Positions 4,682 to 6,822 of a DNA stretch of 6,822 bases are shown here, one piece after another. Made by a program: the position numbers and the translations under genes. The stretch lies in the IMG/VR virus record IMGVR_UViG_2778261593_000007, positions 1-6,822 of that record, one strand, 5' to 3'. The notes beneath the pieces are model-generated. The model saw only the letters and a program-made list of their open reading frames with translations. It made no database searches and was not told the DNA's origin. This stretch comes from a virus (lineage: Duplodnaviria > Heunggongvirae > Uroviricota > Caudoviricetes). The number at the start of each line of letters is the position of its first letter. Position 1 is the stretch's first letter.

Positions 4682-6408
4682 CACGAAAAAATTACGTGAA
4701 CGTTAACGCCGCAAATCAGTATGCACGTGACGTGGTTCGCGGAAAAATTCAGGTTTGCCGTTATGTCGTTCTGGCCTGCCAGCGTCACCTTGATGACCTG
4801 GAAAACTCAGCTAAAAAAAACTATCCGTTTAAATTTGATAAGGATAAAGCTGAGCGTGTGGCGAAATTTATCCAGCTTTTGCCACACACCAAAGGGGAGT
4901 GGGCATTTAAACGGATGCCCATTACGCTTGAACCCTGGCAGTTGTTCTGTATTTGTGTTGTGTTTGGGTGGGTGAGAAAAAAGAGCGGCCTGCGTCGATT
5001 TCGCGAGGCTTACAACGAAATACCCCGTAAAAACGGGAAATCAGCAATGTCTGCTGGCGTTGGTCTGTATATGTTTGCCTGCGATGATGAATTTGGCGCT
5101 GAAGTGTATTCCGGGGCCACAACAGAGAAACAGGCGTGGGAAGTTTTTCGTCCAGCCAGACTGATGGCGCAACGCACGGAACCATTGCGTGAAGCATTTG
5201 GTATTGAAGTACATGCTCAAAGCATGAGCCGTCCGGAGGACGGTGCCCGTTTTGAACCGTTGATTGGAGATCCCGGAGACGGCGCGTCGCCGAGTTGCGC
5301 CCTCATTGATGAATATCACGAGCATCAGACCGATGCGCTTTACCAGACGATGCAAACTGGGATGGGGGCACGTCGTCAGCCGCTGATTTTTGGTATCACC
5401 ACTGCGGGCTATAACATTGAAGGACCATGCTACGACAAACGTCGTGAAGTGATCGAAATGCTTGAAGGGATTGTGCCCAATGATGAACTGTTCGGGATTA
5501 TTTATACCATTGACGACGGGGATGACTGGACAGATCCGGCGGTATTGCGTAAAGCGAACCCCAATATGGGGATTTCTGTCTACAGCGATTACCTGTTATC
5601 TCAACAGCGCGCGGCAATTAACAACCCACGAAAAGTGGGCGTATTCAAAACGAAACATCTGAATATCTGGGTGGCAGCAAAAGACGCCTTCTTCAATCTT
5701 GTGAACTGGCAGAAATGTGAAGACAGGAGTCTGACGCTGGAGCGTTTTGAGGGGCATACCTGCATCCTGGCGTTTGACCTTGCGCGAAAGCTGGATTTGA
5801 ACGCGATGGTACGGCTTTTTACCCGAGAGATTGACGGTAAAACGCATTATTATTGTGTCGCACCCAAGTTTTTTGTTCCCTACGACACAATCTACAGCGC
5901 TGATGTGACAGACAGTCGCACAGCAGAACGTTATCAGAAGTGGGTTGAAGGGGGATTTATTACCGTTACCGATGGCGCGGAAATTGATTACCGGGAGATC
6001 CTTGAGTCTGCGAAAGAAGCAAATCGCTTAAACGCAGTGGAGGAGTCACCTATAGATCCCCACGGAGCCACAAACCTTTCTCACCACCTTGCTGATGAAA
6101 ACTTAAACCCTATTACCATCATTCAGAACTACACCAATATGTCGGATCCCATGAAGGAACTTGAGGCGGCTATTGAGGCCGGGCGTTTTCATCATGATGG
6201 TAATCCTGTGATGACATGGTGTATCAGCAACGTGATTGGAAAGCACATTCCCGGCGACGATGATGTTGTTCGTCCGATCAAACAAGGCAACGAAAACAAA
6301 ATCGATGGTGCTGTGGCGCTGATTATGGCGATTGGTCGTTGCATGCTATTTGAGAAAGAAGACACGCTGTCTGACCACATTGAGTCCTACGGGATCCGTT
6401 CGCTTTAA
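4678..6408 (+). CDS. Terminase large subunit (Terminase_1 / HK97-like), 576 aa
   Basis: Walker A-like PRKNGKS, Walker B-like ALIDEYHEH, and a C-terminal nuclease-like region with conserved acidic residues (DGAVALIMA). Start is translationally coupled to the small subunit (ATGA at 4678-4681). Confidence 0.9.
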   Translation: MTRKNYVNVNAANQYARDVVRGKIQVCRYVVLACQRHLDDLENSAKKNYPFKFDKDKAERVAKFIQLLPHTKGEWAFKRMPITLEPWQLFCICVVFGWVRKKSGLRRFREAYNEIPRKNGKSAMSAGVGLYMFACDDEFGAEVYSGATTEKQAWEVFRPARLMAQRTEPLREAFGIEVHAQSMSRPEDGARFEPLIGDPGDGASPSCALIDEYHEHQTDALYQTMQTGMGARRQPLIFGITTAGYNIEGPCYDKRREVIEMLEGIVPNDELFGIIYTIDDGDDWTDPAVLRKANPNMGISVYSDYLLSQQRAAINNPRKVGVFKTKHLNIWVAAKDAFFNLVNWQKCEDRSLTLERFEGHTCILAFDLARKLDLNAMVRLFTREIDGKTHYYCVAPKFFVPYDTIYSADVTDSRTAERYQKWVEGGFITVTDGAEIDYREILESAKEANRLNAVEESPIDPHGATNLSHHLADENLNPITIIQNYTNMSDPMKELEAAIEAGRFHHDGNPVMTWCISNVIGKHIPGDDDVVRPIKQGNENKIDGAVALIMAIGRCMLFEKEDTLSDHIESYGIRSL

Positions 6409-6419
6409 CTGAGGTAATT

Positions 6420-6602
6420 ATGATCATGCTGATTCTCGCGCCTCTGGTGGGCGTGCTGGGTGTGCTTTTGCTGGCGTATGGTGCCTGGCTGATTTATCCC
6501 CCGGCTGGTTTTGTTGTTGCCGGGGCGCTGTGCCTGTTCTGGTCGTGGCTGGTGGCACGATATCTCGACCGTACACGGCAGTCTGTCGGCGGAGGTAAAT
6601 AG
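6420..6602 (+). CDS. Small membrane protein (60 aa, two predicted TM helices) between terminase and portal
   Basis: ATG 6420 with SD GAGG 6411-6414 (5-nt spacer). Translation [60 protein letters not shown]. Host-like GC-rich codons. Stop TAG 6600-6602 overlaps the portal GTG 6602. Confidence 0.5.
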   Translation: MIMLILAPLVGVLGVLLLAYGAWLIYPPAGFVVAGALCLFWSWLVARYLDRTRQSVGGGK

Positions 6603-6822
6603 TGTTCTTTTCGGGGTTATTTCAACGAAAAAGTGACGCACCAGTGACCACGCCAGCAGAGCTGGCGGAGGCTATCGGGCTGTCATACGACACCTATACC
6701 GGAAAGCGGATCAGCAGCCAGCGGGCCATGCGACTGACGGCGGTCTATTCCTGCGTCAGGGTGCTGGCTGAGTCTGTTGGTATGCTGCCCTGCAGTCTCT
6801 ACAAAATCAGCGGCACCCTTAA
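6602..6822 (+). CDS. Portal protein, HK97 family; 3' partial, runs off window end
   Basis: GTG 6602 with SD GGAGG 6591-6595. Translation [73 protein letters not shown] matches the conserved N-terminal region of HK97-family portals. Missing from the ORF track, presumably because it has no in-window stop. Confidence 0.8.
   Translation, partial: MFFSGLFQRKSDAPVTTPAELAEAIGLSYDTYTGKRISSQRAMRLTAVYSCVRVLAESVGMLPCSLYKISGTL

Noticed and set aside
3942-4975. ORFs 3942-4139 -, 4168-4392 -, 4301-4582 -, 4311-4520 +, 4423-4788 - and 4721-4975 + overlapping the HNH and terminase genes
   Set aside because: Shadow ORFs overlapping strongly supported packaging genes; no independent start signals.
4922-6380. 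ORFs 4922-5197 -, 5041-5355 -, 5462-5662 +, 5596-5847 -, 6103-6285 - and 6192-6380 - inside the terminase large subunit
   Set aside because: All lie within a contiguous 576-aa terminase reading frame carrying Walker motifs; typical spurious overlapping frames.
6405-6641. 78-aa minus-strand ORF antisense to the small membrane protein and the portal start
   Set aside because: His/Gln/Arg-rich low-complexity translation with no SD; the + strand ORFs have proper SDs and start/stop coupling.

Overview
This window reads as the late region of an HK97-like/lambdoid siphovirus prophage from an enterobacterial host, with a gene order I can follow on the + strand from sequence alone: a 5'-partial beta-class DNA methyltransferase; a TerB-like protein plus a small membrane protein closed by an intrinsic terminator; a lysis cassette (two multi-TM holin-like proteins, a T5-like peptidase M15 endolysin, a small lipoprotein); an HNH endonuclease; a cos-like intergenic region; terminase small and large subunits; a small membrane protein; and the 5' end of an HK97-family portal gene. 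Two AT-rich islands (about 779-1200 and 3237-3740, roughly 40% GC against 55-60% in the flanking genes) carry moron-like genes: a 104-aa zinc-ribbon protein on the minus strand, and a convergent pair of a 42-aa hydrophilic ORF and a 66-aa two-TM membrane protein. The most likely candidates for undescribed accessory functions are the TerB-like cassette, the AT-rich small-gene pair between lysis and packaging, the zinc-ribbon moron, and the membrane protein wedged between terminase and portal. All family assignments are from motif recognition by eye; no database search was run. GC percentages are hand counts on sample lines.
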